A model generated the notes under the pieces. That model was given only the letters and a program-made list of their open reading frames with translations. It did no database searches and was not told the DNA's origin. Below, piece by piece: positions 13,221 to 26,962 of a stretch of DNA of 64,000 nucleotides (positions are counted from its first letter, which is position 1; every line of letters starts with the position of its first letter). Source of the stretch: Octopus sinensis. Its lineage: Eukaryota. Position numbers and translations under genes: made by a program. The stretch spans positions 12,958,001 to 13,022,000 of the forward strand of contig NC_043004.1 in NCBI RefSeq assembly GCF_006345805.1, written 5' to 3'.

Positions 13221-13489
13221 ACATGTTGATGTTTGACGATAAGGAATTCTCAACGTTTGAGGTGACTAGCAGTGTACGGAATAAAGCAGAAGCAAATCAT
13301 TTATTTACTTTATGTAGTGAATATGGTTCACTATCCTAGTTGGCTAATAAACGCAATAGTCAACAGTAAGTCAGTTGATTAACCCGTAATTTACGGTCGT
13401 AAACATAACCTTATCTAAAAACAGAACAAAATTAAAGTAAATTGCGCTAGAAACCGGTAGTGACGTGATTAACATTCGGTAATATCTTT

Positions 13490-14262
13490 TCTACTCTAGG
13501 AACAAGACACACAATTTTGGAGAGGGGGCCAGTCGAGTAGGTTGACTCCTCAGAACGCAACTGGTACTGATTTTATCGACCCTGAAAGGATGAAAGGTAA
13601 AGTCGACTTCGGCGGAATTTGAACTCAGAACGTAAAGACGGACGAAATACCTATTTCTTTACTGCCCACAAGGGGCTACACACAGAGAGGACAAACAAGG
13701 ACAAACAAACGGATTAAGTCGATTATATCGACTCCAGTGCGTAACTGGTACTTATTGAATCGACCCCGAAAGGATGAAAGGCAAAGTCGACCTCGGCGGA
13801 ATTTGAACGCAGAACGTAACGGTAAACGAAATACTTATTTCTATTTCTTTACTACCCACAACAGGCTAAACACAGAGAGGACAAACAAGGACAGACAAAC
13901 GGATTAAGTCGATTACATCGACCCCGAAAGGTAGAAAGGCAAAGTCGACCTCGGCAGAATTTGAACTTAGAACGTAGCAGCAGACAAAATACCGCTAAGC
14001 ATTTCGCCCGATGTGCTAACGTTTCTGCCTTTAGTTCGCAGACATATTCTTTTCTATTCTAGGCACAAGGCCCGACATTTTGGGAGAAGCGGGGCTACAA
14101 TTATATCGACCCCAGTACGCAACTGGTACTTAATTTATCGACCCCGAAAGGATGGAAGGCAAAGTCGACCCCGACGGAATTTGAACTCAAAACGTAAAAA
14201 CAAACGAAATAACACTAAGCATTTCGCCAGGCTTGCTAACATTTCTTCAAGCTCGCCGCCTT
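13490..14262 (-). mobile_element. Tandem multimer of SINE family B
   Basis: Core aaagtcgacctcggcggaatttgaac repeated four times at ~150-220-bp spacing. Confidence 0.85.
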
Positions 14263-14553
14263 AACATTCCAAAATATCTTGTAAACAATATGTAGTTACG
14301 TAGCCAATGTATAGTGCTTACATCACCACTTCCCGTCGGTTTTTTCAGTACAGCTCGTTAATCATGCAGGATTATTGCCTTGCTTAAATCTAACCGTTTT
14401 GGTTATCATGCGTCCAAATGCAAGCCACCGAGTTACCTTCTCAGTGGTTTTTGTTAGTGGATAATGTATACTGGTACGGTGTACCGTAGCTGCCATTTTT
14501 GAGATACTTATATTTGCCTGTGAACGTGGAATAAAGAGTTTTTTTTTAAAACA

Positions 14554-14935
14554 TGTTTCAGTCATTTGACTGCGGTCTTGCACCGCTTTCAGTCGAAAAA
14601 TATCGATCCGAGGACTTATTCTTTGTAAACCTAGTACTTATTCTATCGGTGTATTTGGTTAACCGATAAGTTAGGTGGTGGTAAATACACGACAGTGGTT
14701 GTCAAGCGATGGAGGGGAGACAAACACAGACACAAACACACACACACGCACACATTCACACACATATATATGACGGGCTTCTTTCAGTTTCCGTCTACCA
14801 AATCCACTCGCAAGACTTTGGTGTCGGCCCGAGGTTATATTTGAAGATACTTGCCCAAGGTGCCACGCAGGGGAACTGAACCCGGAAACATGATGTTGGG
14901 AAGCACGCTTCTTACCACACAACCACTCTTGCGCC
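14554..14935 (-). mobile_element. SINE family A
   Basis: Full head-to-tail match to the family consensus seen in this window. Confidence 0.9.
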
Positions 14936-15098
14936 TATGTTCTCATTTAAAAAAAAAAAAGAATTTCGGTTGTCACTATCCTCGCAATTTACTTTCACTT
15001 TTTTAGGGCAATTTACATGCACTTCTTTACGGCTGTAAATTGCATGTTTACCGCTCAGTTATGACTTTTATCCTTTTATGCTTTTAGCAATTTTTTTT

Positions 15099-15398
15099 TA
15101 TTTGTTCCAGTCATTTGACTTCGGCCATGCTGGGGCATACCCTTGAATAATTATATTTAGTTAAATGAATTGATCCAAATACTGCTTTTAAGCCCTGGTA
15201 CTTGTTGTATTGATATATTTAGCCGAACCGCTAAGTTACGGCAGCCGTAAGCACATCAACACCGATTGTCAAGCGCTGGTGGGGAACGAAACCAGACACA
15301 AATACAGGCACACGCACAAACACGTATACACACACGCACGTGCACACGCACATACACACACATTCACACGCACACACACACACACACACACACGCACG

Positions 15399-15430
<32 letters not shown>

Positions 15431-15630
15431 ACACACACACACACACACACACATCCATAAATATATATATATATACGATGGGGTTCTTTCGGTTTCGGTC
15501 TACGCAATCCACTCACCAGTCTTTGGTTGGCCCGAGGCTACAGTTTAGAACAGTTGCCCAAGTCGTCACGTAGTGGGACTGAATCCCGAACAATGTGGTA
15601 GGGAAGCAAGCTTCTAGTCGATACAATCCT
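15099..15630 (-). mobile_element. SINE family A with expanded (CA)n
   Basis: Diverged copy with long internal CA tract. Confidence 0.8.
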
Positions 15631-16320
15631 TCTATCTCTAAAAACAGCACTGTGAAGCTGAAGAGAATTTAATTGTTATTTCTAGCAAGACACGTGTTTA
15701 CGTAATAGCTTCGTCGATGTATCAGTGAATATGGATGGGAACGCTACGGTATTTTCACTACTTTAGGAGAGAGAGCATAGCAAATCGTAGTATCGATAAA
15801 TGAGAACATGTGAGAAGATTGCACGACAGAGAGCTGCTTGTTGTAACATGTTGAATATGGAAAGCAAAATCAAACTTTACACAAAACCGATAGTTGAATA
15901 CACAGTGCAAATGCTTCCAATACATAGATAAATACATACTCACACACACACATACACGCATGTATGTATACACGTATGTGTATATATATATATATATATA
16001 TAAGTAGACAAATGAATTATCTTATTACGGATAATTCGAAAGATAACCGATACCTGAGTAGCAAACTGAAGAGAAAGCTGCATAATGGACTTCTTATTCA
16101 TTCGGAATTAGGGATTTTGCAGACTTCGAAACATATGTCGAAAATAAAATAAGGGAACTTTGTTAAATCTTCGTTCAGCTCCATTCTTTCCTATACTATA
16201 TATATATATATTATATATATATATATTATATATATATATATAATATATATATATACACGCACTAGAAAGTCTATAGGCTGATGTATGTTGTTTTTGTAGC
16301 CTCTCCATTTTCCTATTTAC

Positions 16321-16721
16321 CGTGACTGTGTAGTAAGTACCTTGCTTACCAACTACATGGTTCCGGTTTCAGTCTCACTCCGTGGCACCTTCGGTAAGTG
16401 TCTTCTACTATAGCCTCGGGCCGACCAAAGCCTTGTGAGTGGATTTGGTAGACGGAAACTGAAGAGAGACCGTCGTATATATGCATATATATATATATAT
16501 ATATGTATATGTGTGTATATGTTTGTGTGTCTGTGTTTGTTCCCCCAACTACGCTTGACAACCGATAGTGGTGTGTTTACGTCCCCGTAACTTAGCGGTT
16601 CAGCAAAAGCGACCGATAGAATAATTACTTCAAAAGAATAAGTCCCTGGGTTGATTTGCTCGACTAAAGGCGGTGGTCTAGCATGGCCGCAGTCAAATGA
16701 CTGAAACAAGTAAAAGAGTAA
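16321..16721 (+). mobile_element. SINE family A
   Basis: gtagtaagtaccttgcttaccaactacatgg..gactgaaacaagtaaaagagta. Confidence 0.9.
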
Positions 16722-16762
16722 ATGTATATATATATATATATATATATACATACATATATACG

Positions 16763-16900
16763 ACGGGCTTCTTTCAGTTTCCGTCTACTAAATCCACTCA
16801 CACAGCTTTGGTCAGCCCGTGGCTATAGGAGAAGACACTTGCCTAAGGTGCCACGCAGTGGGACTGAACCCCGGAACCATGTTGGTGAGAAGCAAACTTC
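16763..16900 (-). mobile_element. SINE family A, 5' half
   Basis: cgacgggcttctttcagtttccgtc..gtgggactgaaccc. Confidence 0.8.
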
Positions 16901-17184
16901 TTTATTTCATTACATTTGCCATAAAGGCAGTACATAATAGAGTAAAGTAGCTTTGCGGGCTGGACGAGGACATTAATGAAATGAATGATAATGAAAGAAA
17001 GATGATAAGGATGGGAGAAGACAAAAAGCGCCCGCCGACTTCTGCTTCTCTAAAACATTGTTCTTTAAAATCAAACACAAAACGAGGTATTAAACCTCTT
17101 ACAACTTTTACAACTTTTTAATTCTTGGACTTAACAGTCCATTACAAACAACAACATATGTATCTATGCGCCTGTATCTATGTA

Positions 17185-17285
17185 TGAGTGTATGTATGTA
17201 TGTGTGTATGTATGTATGTATGTATGTATGTATGTATGTATGTATGTATGTATGTATGTATGTGTGTGTGTATGTATGTATGTGT
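17185..17285. repeat. (TATG)n microsatellite
   Basis: Direct reading. Confidence 0.95.
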
Positions 17286-17624
17286 AGTTTTTCTTTTCTC
17301 TTTTTCTTATTGTTATTTCTTACTCGAATTGCTCCGTGCATACATGTCCATGCATGAGCGCTTTCATTCAATCTTATTCTTGCTCTAGCAGTGTACTACA
17401 ATGGTCGGAGAACGTTACTGTCTCAAGAGAAATTCATTACTATAATTTATGCAATATAGATTATTGTTTTCAGGACCCTGTAGCATTGTATGATCTCAGT
17501 GCATCATTTCCTTATGTTAAACAATGTATTAATACACATGTTGACTGCTTGGATCACAGATCATGCTAATTGTGAGCACGACACGCTTCTATATATTATT
17601 AATGCCACAACGAAGGGGATGGGG

Positions 17625-18385
17625 AACTGGCAGAAACGTTAGTATGCCGGGCGAAATGCTAAGCGGTATTTCGCCTGCCGCTACGTTCTGAGTTCAAATT
17701 CCGCCGAGGTCGACTTTGCCTTTCATCCTTTCGGGGTCGACTAAATAAGTACCAGTTAAGCACTGCGGTCGATATAATCGACTTAATCCGTGTGTCTGTC
17801 TTTGTTTGTCCCCTCTGTGTTTAGCCCCTTGTGGGTAGTTAGAAATAAGTGTTTCGTCTGCCGTTATGTTCTGAGTTCAACTTCCGCCGAGGTCGACTTT
17901 CCCTTTCATCGATTCGGGGTCGATAAATTAAGTACCAGTTACGCTTTGGGGTCGATGTAATCGACTCAATCCGTTTGTCTGTCCTTGTTTGTCCCCTCTA
18001 TGTTTAGTCCCTTGTGGGCAATAAAGAAATAAGAATCGTTAGCACACCGGGCAATATGTTTAGCGGCAGTTCGTCCCTATATATGTTCTGAGTTCAAATT
18101 CCGTGGAGGTCGACTTTGCCTTTTGAGGTCGATAACATAAGTACTAGTTACGCACTAGGGTCGATATAATCGACTCACACCCTCCCCAGAAATTGCTGGC
18201 CTTGTGCCAAAATTTGAATTCATTAAGACAAGGTTAAGGCGGTGAATTAACAAAATGGTTAGCGCACTGGGCAAAATGCTTATTGTATCTGCAGTTCGCC
18301 TGTCTACTTTCTCAGTTGGGATTCAGCCGAGGTCGAGTTTATCTATAATCCTTTCCGGGTCGATGATATACGTACCAGTGGAGCA
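17625..18385 (+). mobile_element. Tandem multimer of SINE family B
   Basis: gaggtcgactttgcc core at ~17706, 17890, 18106, 18330. Confidence 0.85.
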
Positions 18386-18688
18386 CTAGGGCCACTCACC
18401 CTCCCTCTCTTCCTCGAACTTGTGCGAAAGTTTGAATAACATTATTATCAAGCGGAATTGGCAGAATTTTTGGAGCGCCTTAAAAAAAGGCTTTGCAGTA
18501 TTTCTTCCCAGTCCCAATGTTCTACGGTCATGCACCGTCGACGTTCCTTTCCAGGACCTCCATGACTGATAAGAAAGAGAGAGAGTTGTCCACAAACTGG
18601 AGACAAGCAAGATGTTTGCCACAAACAGGCAGTTCATTAAAGCCACACAAGGTAGCGAGTGATGGTGTCGATATAAGTACTATTTTAA

Positions 18689-18894
18689 GGCGGCGAGCTG
18701 GCAGATACGTTAGCACGCCGGGCGAAATGTTTTCGTCTGTCTTTACGTTCTGAGTTCAAATTTAGCCGAGGTTGACTTTGCCTTTCATCCTCTCGGTGGT
18801 CGATAAATTCAGTGCCAGTTGCGTACTGGGGCCCGATCTAATCGACTGGTCCCCTCCCCCAAAATTTAGACTCTTGTGCCTAGAGTAGAAAAGA
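18689..18894 (+). mobile_element. Full-length SINE family B with ~17-bp target-site duplication
   Basis: atataagtactattttaa (18671-18688) versus atataagtactatttaa (18895-18911). Confidence 0.9.
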
Positions 18895-19277
18895 ATATAA
18901 GTACTATTTAAGTTGTGGGATTCATGTAATCTAAGCCAAAATTTGAAACTGTATTATCTGAAAGATTCCTACACCATTTTTTAATGCTGAAGAATAAGTT
19001 ACTCGTCGAGATACTGTATTAATAAAGGAATTTAGGTAGATTTAGATAGATTCCAATAGCAGTTTATATTATTACCTTAAGAAGTGGCTTTTGTTCCCGA
19101 GAGAAACAGAGGAAGAAATTACTTTATAAATATCTATGTATAGAGAGAAACGAGCAGAAGTCGTGAGAGAACTTGCGGGAGAGATAGAACGCGTGAGACT
19201 AAAGAAATTCAAACAAGTGGTGACCAGAGTGAGCTAGTGAGTGACCTAGAGAGTGAGAGAGTGAGACTGAGAGTGAA

Positions 19278-19310
<33 letters not shown>

Positions 19311-20599
19311 CAAAGGCGGACAGAGAGAGGAAGGCTGGACAGACAACAAAGCTGCAAGGACAATAATTTCGCAGACGTAGACAAAACTTTAAATATAGAC
19401 TGAGGAACCAGAAGCAATAGCGATTTCTCGTATTGGTATCGTAACGGTTAGATGTGACATGCATAGATTGTGACAGCTACGAGATTGTAATCGCATAATT
19501 GTGATTGTTAAGACATGATTGGCGGAGGCTGCGTTTGAAGATAGGCTGCAAAATGCATAGTTGATAATTTCAGGATGTTTGGAATAAATTGACAGGTGAT
19601 TTATACATACAGCTTTTAGATGTTATCATAGCTTTTAGATAACTGTTGCGAAATTTATCACTATTTGTACCAGTTAGAAGTGAATTGCAAATGTAAGTCT
19701 GTAAAATAGAGAATCTCCGATTGCTGCAGAAAACTTACTATTAAGTTGACGAGAGAGGGACAGGCAGACAGAGACAGACATACTGACAGACAGACAGACA
19801 GAAGAAAATAGAAAGAGAAAAGAGAATTAGCAATTATAAAATGTCAACATTTAAGGACTCTCTACGGGAGGGATTGGGTGCTCATAAATATTAATCTTAT
19901 TTTTTGCGAACAATTTTTTATCGACTTGAGATGTAACCTGTCCGACATTTGCAGAGCGAAGAGGAAGTTAGAGATATTACATCGCTGACATTACCGAGGA
20001 GAGAAGGGTTGTCCTATTATAAGCGTCTCAAATGTATACCTGTCATAGAATTAGAACTAGGTCAATAACAATAAAAGCGAATTGTATATCTGAGATGAAT
20101 TCAGTTTTACTAAATTTGTTGAGAAAGTTGACAGATGACACAGATATTCCGAGTGCGTGTAAAGAACAATGGGAAGCAGCAAACAGAGGCACTGAGACTG
20201 AGGTTTCGATTCCTGGTTGAAAATCCAGTGTCTCTCTCATCTCTCTCTCTCTCTCTCTCTCCCTCACTATGTAGACAGAGAGGATTCCGAGAAACTAATA
20301 GCGTTATGTCCTGACTAACTGATTAACCGTGGGCTGTTGTCTTTTAACTCTATGATTTACTTGTACTTCAGTTAAAAATAGTTGACTGAAAGTAAAAAGA
20401 CCCCCTTAGGCCATGAAGGACCATGGGATTGCTCCTAGATAATTTCCCCTCCCAGGCACAAATCTATGCGAGGTTTTTTTTTATGGAAGGCCAGCGGTTG
20501 CCCATGCATACCAGCCTTCCCTCTCCACGTCACCGATGTCATCAAGAGAAAGGTCAAGGACGATACGGCCTGGCACTAGTAAAGTTCTCAACTCATTTT

Positions 20600-20960
20600 T
20601 ACAGCTGAATGAATGTGTGTGTGTGTGTGTGTGTCTTTGTGAATCCCTAAAACTTGAGAACTACAAAACCAATTTCATTCAAATTTTACATATGCCTTAC
20701 TTAGGGTCCATGTAGTGTCATGGGCAAAACATTTTTTTTTAACATTTTGCCTAGTACGAGCCAACAGCAATGTCATATCTTCCCCACTATTTCAGTATTA
20801 CGTGTTAAAAGTGAAACAAAATCATCTCTCTATTGTAATGTCACATGCTTTCACTTTAATACTGAAACTATTAAAGTCAAACTATTATATAACAGAGATG
20901 AACTGGACATCCATTGTGCTAGAAGAAGATCCGCTATCGTCTTATATGCTACACCACTGG
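20600..20960 (-). mobile_element. 3' part of HINE/Helentron-like non-autonomous element
   Basis: Reverse complement of the 30880-31140 terminus. Confidence 0.6.
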
Positions 20961-21048
20961 TTTTAAATTCATATTAATCAAACCAATATTAAATTTTTCA
21001 CCATTATTATTTCAAATTTAAATTTACATGCACAACAAATATATAAAC

Positions 21049-21096
<48 letters not shown>

Positions 21097-21171
21097 ATAT
21101 ATACATCCATATATAGATGTATATATATATAATATAATATATATATATATATATATATACATGTATATATG

Positions 21172-21236
<65 letters not shown>

Positions 21237-21599
21237 GTATATAAATATAGATGTATATGTATACATGTACATGTATAGCTGTATATGTATAGATGCATTT
21301 CTATAGATATAGATGAATATATATACATGCATGTGTACATGTGTGTATATATATATATATATAGATGTACATGTAATAAATACACATATATATATACACA
21401 TATATACATGCATACATATATACACCCATACACACATATACACCCCCACCCCACACAAACATAGATAGGTGCAGGTGTGACTGTGTGGTAACAAACTTGG
21501 TTCCAAAACACTTGGTCCTGAGTTCAGTCCCACTGTGTGGTTACTTGGCATGTGTCTTCTGCTATAGCCTCAGACCAACCAAATCCTTGTCAGTGGATT

Positions 21600-22160
21600 T
21601 TGTAGACAGAAACTGAAAGAAATCAATTGTATATATATATATGTGTATATGAAAGTCTATGTGTGTGTCTTTCTGCTGCTCCCTCATCACTGCTTCACAA
21701 CTTGTGTTCGTTTATTTACATTGCCATAACTTACTGGTTTCACAAGAAGAAACTGATAGAATACGTACCACGCTTATCAAAATTTAAAAAAGCACAAGGG
21801 GGTGTCTCACATTTTTCTTTGCCCACTCAGTTGTATCTATCAATTTATCTTTATGTGTATGTATATATATATATATATATATATGGATTTCGTAGAGAGG
21901 AACCGAAACAAATCAATCGTATATATATGTATGTATATATGTAAATGTATGTGTGTGTCTTTGTCTCTGTGTTTCGCCCTCATCACTGCTTCACAACTGC
22001 TGTTCATTTATTTACATCCCCATAACTTACTGGTTTCACAAGAACAAACTAATAGAATAAGTACCAGGCTTATCAACACAAAAAAAGCACTAGGGTGTGT
22101 CTCATATTTTTATCTTCCCACTCAGTTGTATCTATCAATTTATCTTTGTATGTGTGTGTG
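21600..22160 (+). repeat. Old tandem duplication (~290 bp) of a SINE-A-derived segment
   Basis: ccctcatcactgcttcacaact..cccactcagttgtatctatcaatttatc occurs twice, diverged. Confidence 0.75.
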
Positions 22161-22232
22161 TATCTATCTATCTGTCCATCTATCTATCTAACTATCTATC
22201 TATCTATCTATCTAACTATCTATCTATCTATC

Positions 22233-22266
<34 letters not shown>

Positions 22267-22296
22267 ATATATTATATCTCTCCCTCTCTTTCTCCA

Positions 22297-22364
<68 letters not shown>

Positions 22365-22501
22365 GATATATATATTATTATATATATATATATGTATATA
22401 TATACCGGAGTAAACATAAATGTGAAACAAGGTGGAAAAAAGAGTACTCAAATACCAGTGGTAGAGTAATATGCTTTATTTTAAGCAGCAGAAAATTCAA
22501 C

Positions 22502-22548
22502 AAAATCTGTTACTCTGAGTTTCTCGTTGCCGTTCTCAGACAGTTTTT
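22502..22548 (-). ncRNA. Hammerhead copy in inverted arm with core deletion
   Basis: Minus strand CUGA-GA, missing one nt of CUGAUGA. Confidence 0.5.
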
Positions 22549-23590
22549 GCTAGAATGGAACATATATATAAATTCAATCTATATCTTACGCTACACCTTT
22601 AAAAAGAAATGGACTTGTTTGATGGCCCTTTTGAAAAAACGGTCAATCTTCGAGCGATAAACAAAAAGGTCAAAAATATATGTATATATATATAAAAAAA
22701 CTTATAAAAATTATAAAATCCGAGGAAAAAACGAGGAAAAAACCTATTGCCGTTAATGAAGACAGTACAAAAATGCATAGAAATTAAACCTGTTATAAAT
22801 ACTGCAATACATATTTATATTAAATCCACATATATATCTCAACATATACACAAACTTATATAAACATTCTAAATTTGACAACATTGCTTTTTAAAAAAAC
22901 ATTGTGTATAGCAAAGCATATGTATTTGTAGCATGCGTATCTGTGTATGTTGTAAGTGAAAGTATGCTTGTGCTTAAGCACACATACACACGACGGTATG
23001 TATAGTATCAATTCAAACTTGTGTATGTATACTGGCCTCTATAGATGCCAATAATATCGCTACAAGTTTTTTCCCTACCCCACCTTCGTTCCTTTTTCTC
23101 TCTTTCCTTTCTTCGTTCCCCCACCTTGCTCAGTATATGAGAATTGCTACATAGATGAATTTAGCTTGCGTGCGAGACGGTTTGCGTGGATAATGTACAC
23201 ATGTTTTATGTGTATAATTTAGATTCATATTCATACGTCTGTATATGTATGTATGGCGTTTACGCGCATCCTTTTGTGTATGTTGATATATATATGTGGA
23301 TTTTAATATAAATATGTATTGCAGTATTTATAACAGGTTTAATTTCTATGCATTAATTTGTATGTCTCATTAACGGCAATAGGTTTTTCCTCGGTTTTTT
23401 CTCGGTTTTCCTCGGATTTTATAATTTTTATAATTTTTTTATATATATATACATATATTTTTGACCTTTTTGTTTATCGCTCGAAGATTGACCGTTTTTT
23501 CAAAAGGGCCAATCAAACAAGTCCATTCTTTTTAAAGGTGTAGCGTTTGTAAGAGTATAGATTGAATTATATATATGTTCCATTCTAGCA

Positions 23591-23638
23591 AAAACTGTCT
23601 GATGAACGGCAACGAGAAACTCAGAGTAACAGATTTTT
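23591..23638 (+). ncRNA. Minimal type I hammerhead ribozyme in 5' pLTR
   Basis: AAAACUGU CUGAUGA A-CG-GCAA-CG-A GAAA CUC-A-GAG UA^ACAG(A)UUUU; predicted cleavage after 23628. Confidence 0.8.
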
Positions 23639-23799
23639 GAATTTTCTGCTGCTTAATAAAGCATATTACTCTACCACTGGTATTTGAGTACTCTTTTTTC
23701 CACCTTGTTTCACATTTATGTGTTTACTCCGGTCTAACCCGCTCCTTGTAAAAGTTTGAGCGACTCTGCACAAGTAGGACGAACAAACAGCTGAAAAAG

Positions 23800-25933
23800 A
23801 TGGAACTTTACCCGCTGGATTTTTCTCAGAAAAATATACCTATCCCTGCACGGAAACAATATATCAAAGGTCTTATAGAGGAAAACGGAAGAGTTTATTA
23901 GAAGACTGAGATGAAAAGCCTTCTTCTTTGATAATAAACAGAAAATAGAAGGTAACAAATATGGATTTAAATCTCCCAGAAACCCACCACCGATTCCGGA
24001 ATTAGAAGCCTTCGAGAAAGACCTTTTCGAGCTTATTAGGAAAATTAAATTCCGCAAATTTACCAACCAATTGCAAAAAAACATGAGAGAAAAAATTAAG
24101 GAGATTAACGACTCGAATAAGATCTTCGTTAATTCTGACAAGACAAGGAACTTATATGCACTTGATAAGGACGTTTATAAACGCCTGATTTCGAATAGTG
24201 TCACGGACACATACAAAAAAGACAACACGAATATATACAAAGAGGTGAACTTAGAAGCAAGAGGAATAGCTAACGATCTTAAGATTAGCGATAGGATTGA
24301 ATACCTTTCACCACGACCAGCTTTTTTTACTCTGAAAGACCATAAAGACAATTTTAGTAGAAACCCCAAATGTAGATTGATAAATCCGGCTAAACTGAGA
24401 TAGGAATTATTAGCAAAAATATTTTAGACCGTATTTTAGTTAAGTTAGATAGTGAAGTAGACTTGAGAATTTGGAAGAATAGTAAGTCATTATAGAGTGG
24501 TTTAAAGGTATTAGCTATAAGAATAATTGTAGTTTCACACAATTCGACATTATTGACTTTTACCCGTCGATATCTAGGACGTTGCTCCTAAGGGCATTGG
24601 ACTTCGCCAAGCAGTATGTCAACATCGATAGCTCGGAAATTGAAATTATTATGCATGCGAGGAAATCGCTTCTGTTTTTCGAGGATTCCACCTGGATTAA
24701 GAAGACTGAGGATTCTCTTTTCGATGTACCGATGGGGGCATACGACGGGGCTGAATTATGTATGCTCATAGGAGCCTTTATTCTCCATAATCTAAAAATA
24801 GAATTCCCATTTATAGATGCAGGTCTATATAGGGATGACGGCCTTATAGCCACGCATAATCTAAACGGCCATGAATCAGATAGACTTAGGAAGGACCTTA
24901 TAGCTTTCTTTCAAAGGATGGGCTTACGGATTACGATAGATACTAACCTGAATAGTGTAGATTTTTTAGACGTAAATTTTAATGTAAGATCGGATAGATT
25001 TAAACCTTTCCGTAAGCCCAATGAAAAGCTATCGTATATTAGCAAAGATTCGAACCATCCACCAGTTATCCTTAGCAACTTAGTCAGCAATGTAGGTAGA
25101 AGAATATCTTCAATTTCTTCGGACGAGGCAGCATTCCATAATGCTGCACCTTATTACGATAGCGCATTAAAGAATAGTGGATTCTCGGAGAAGATCCAGT
25201 TCAACCAGCTTAACGCTAATAATAATGCTGCACGAAGAACTAGGACCAGGAAAGTTTTGTGGTTCAACCCGGCTTTCAATTTGGCCGTAAAGATTAATAT
25301 AGGTAAGGAATTTTTGAGATTAGTCTCTAAGCATTTTAAGCAGGGTCATAAATTCTACAGAATATTTAATAGAAGAACCCTGAAGGTTAGCTATTCTTGT
25401 TGCAGAAATTTCGCCTCTTACATTAGCCAACATAATAGGAAGCTAATTGAGATTAGACATGGTGCCGAGCCCATTAAGAAATGTAATTTCAAAAATGAAA
25501 GCTCCTGTCCGTTAGAAGGGAAATGTCTAGTGAAAGGAGTAGTTTATAGAGCCAAGGTGCAAGTGGAAGGCTCATCGGAATACAAGACATACACAGGGGC
25601 TTCAGAAAATTCATTTAAAACAAGATTTTATTCTCATAAGAATTCTTTTAAATACCCAGAGAATAGGAAGAAAACCAGCCTAGCAAAATATGTCTGGGAA
25701 CTAAAAGAAAAGGAAGCCCCACCTTTCAACGTGACATGGAGCATTCTGGACAGGGCGGCACCATACAGGCATGGAGCTTACAAATATAATTTCAAGTGCA
25801 AGCTTGCTTATTAGAGAAAATGCACATATTATTCAAAGACAATAATTCTTTGAATCAAAGAAGTGAGTTAATGAACTTATGTAGGCACGCGGCTAAATTT
25901 AAAATGTCGAATATAAATATACCACATGGATAG
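23800..25933 (+). pseudogene. PLE ORF (RT + GIY-YIG endonuclease), ~710 codons with frameshifts and one stop
   Basis: SQKNIP, GFKSP, SDKTRN, FDIIDFYPSI, VPMGAYDGAELC, LYRDDGL, FLDV, SNHPP, WFNP, CN(F)x5CPLEGKC, GVVYRA..TYTG..FKTRFYSH, C-terminal EK..LNQRSE..CRH; track ORFs 24071-24403 and 24582-25814 are pieces. Confidence 0.9.
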
Positions 25934-26915
25934 AGTATATATTTTGTATTTTGATTTTTGATTTGATTTTGACTCTTGAGCGCTACGACGGACCTATAGC
26001 AAAGTCTTATTGTTTCTACATATATATTAGGAAAAACCTACAAACTTTGTTTTCATGTTATTGTATTGCATAAGATTACCTTGATTATTTATATTACCTT
26101 GATTATTTATAAATGACCCAAAATAGGATGTTATATTTTATTTATAATGTCTTTCGTATATATTTTTATTAATGCACCCATTTTTAAAAGCAATGTTTTT
26201 TAAAAGCAATGTTGTCAAATTTAGAATGTTTATATAAGTTTGTGTATAGCAAAGCATATGTATTTGTAAGCATGCGTATCTGTGTATGTGTAAGTGAAAG
26301 TATACTTGTGCTTAAGCACACATACACACGACGGTATGTATATGTATCAATTCAAACTTGTGTATGTATACTGGCCTCTATAGATGCCAATAATATCGCT
26401 ACAAGTTTTTCCCCACCCCTCCTTCGTTCCTTTTTCTCTTTCCCTTTCTTTCGTTCCCCTCCTTGCTCAGTATATGAGAATTGCTACATAGATGAATTTT
26501 AGCTTGCGTGCGAGACGGTTTGCGTGGATATATGTACACATGCTTTTATGTGTATAATTTAGATTCATATTCATACGTCTGTATATGTATGTATGGCGTT
26601 TACGCGCATCCTTTTGTGTATGTTGATATATATATGTGGATTTTAATATAAATATGTATTGCAGTATTTATAACAGGTTTAATTTCTATGCATTAATTTG
26701 TACTGTCTTCATTAACGGCAATAGGTTTTTTCCTCGGATTTTATAATTTTTATAAGTTTTTTTATATATATATACATATATTTTTGACCTTTTTGTTTAT
26801 CGCTCGAAGATTGACCGTTTTTTCAAAAGGGCCAATCAAACAAGTCCATTTCTTTTTAAAGGTGTAGCGTTTGTAAGAGTATAGATTGAATTTATATATA
26901 TGTTCCATTCTAGCA

Positions 26916-26962
26916 AAAACTGTCTGATGAACGGCAACGAGAAACTCAGAGTAACAGATTTT
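26916..26962 (+). ncRNA. Minimal type I hammerhead ribozyme in 3' pLTR
   Basis: Same core and stems as 23591-23638. Confidence 0.8.

Noticed and set aside
13490-14262. Regularly spaced repeats as CRISPR-like array
   Set aside because: Eukaryotic SINE multimers; the spacers are homologous to each other
23905-23915. In-frame TGA in the PLE ORF as possible selenocysteine
   Set aside because: It falls at a conserved Trp (R.RWKA), so a simple TGG>TGA change; Sec-coding PLEs are the N-terminal-EN Naiads
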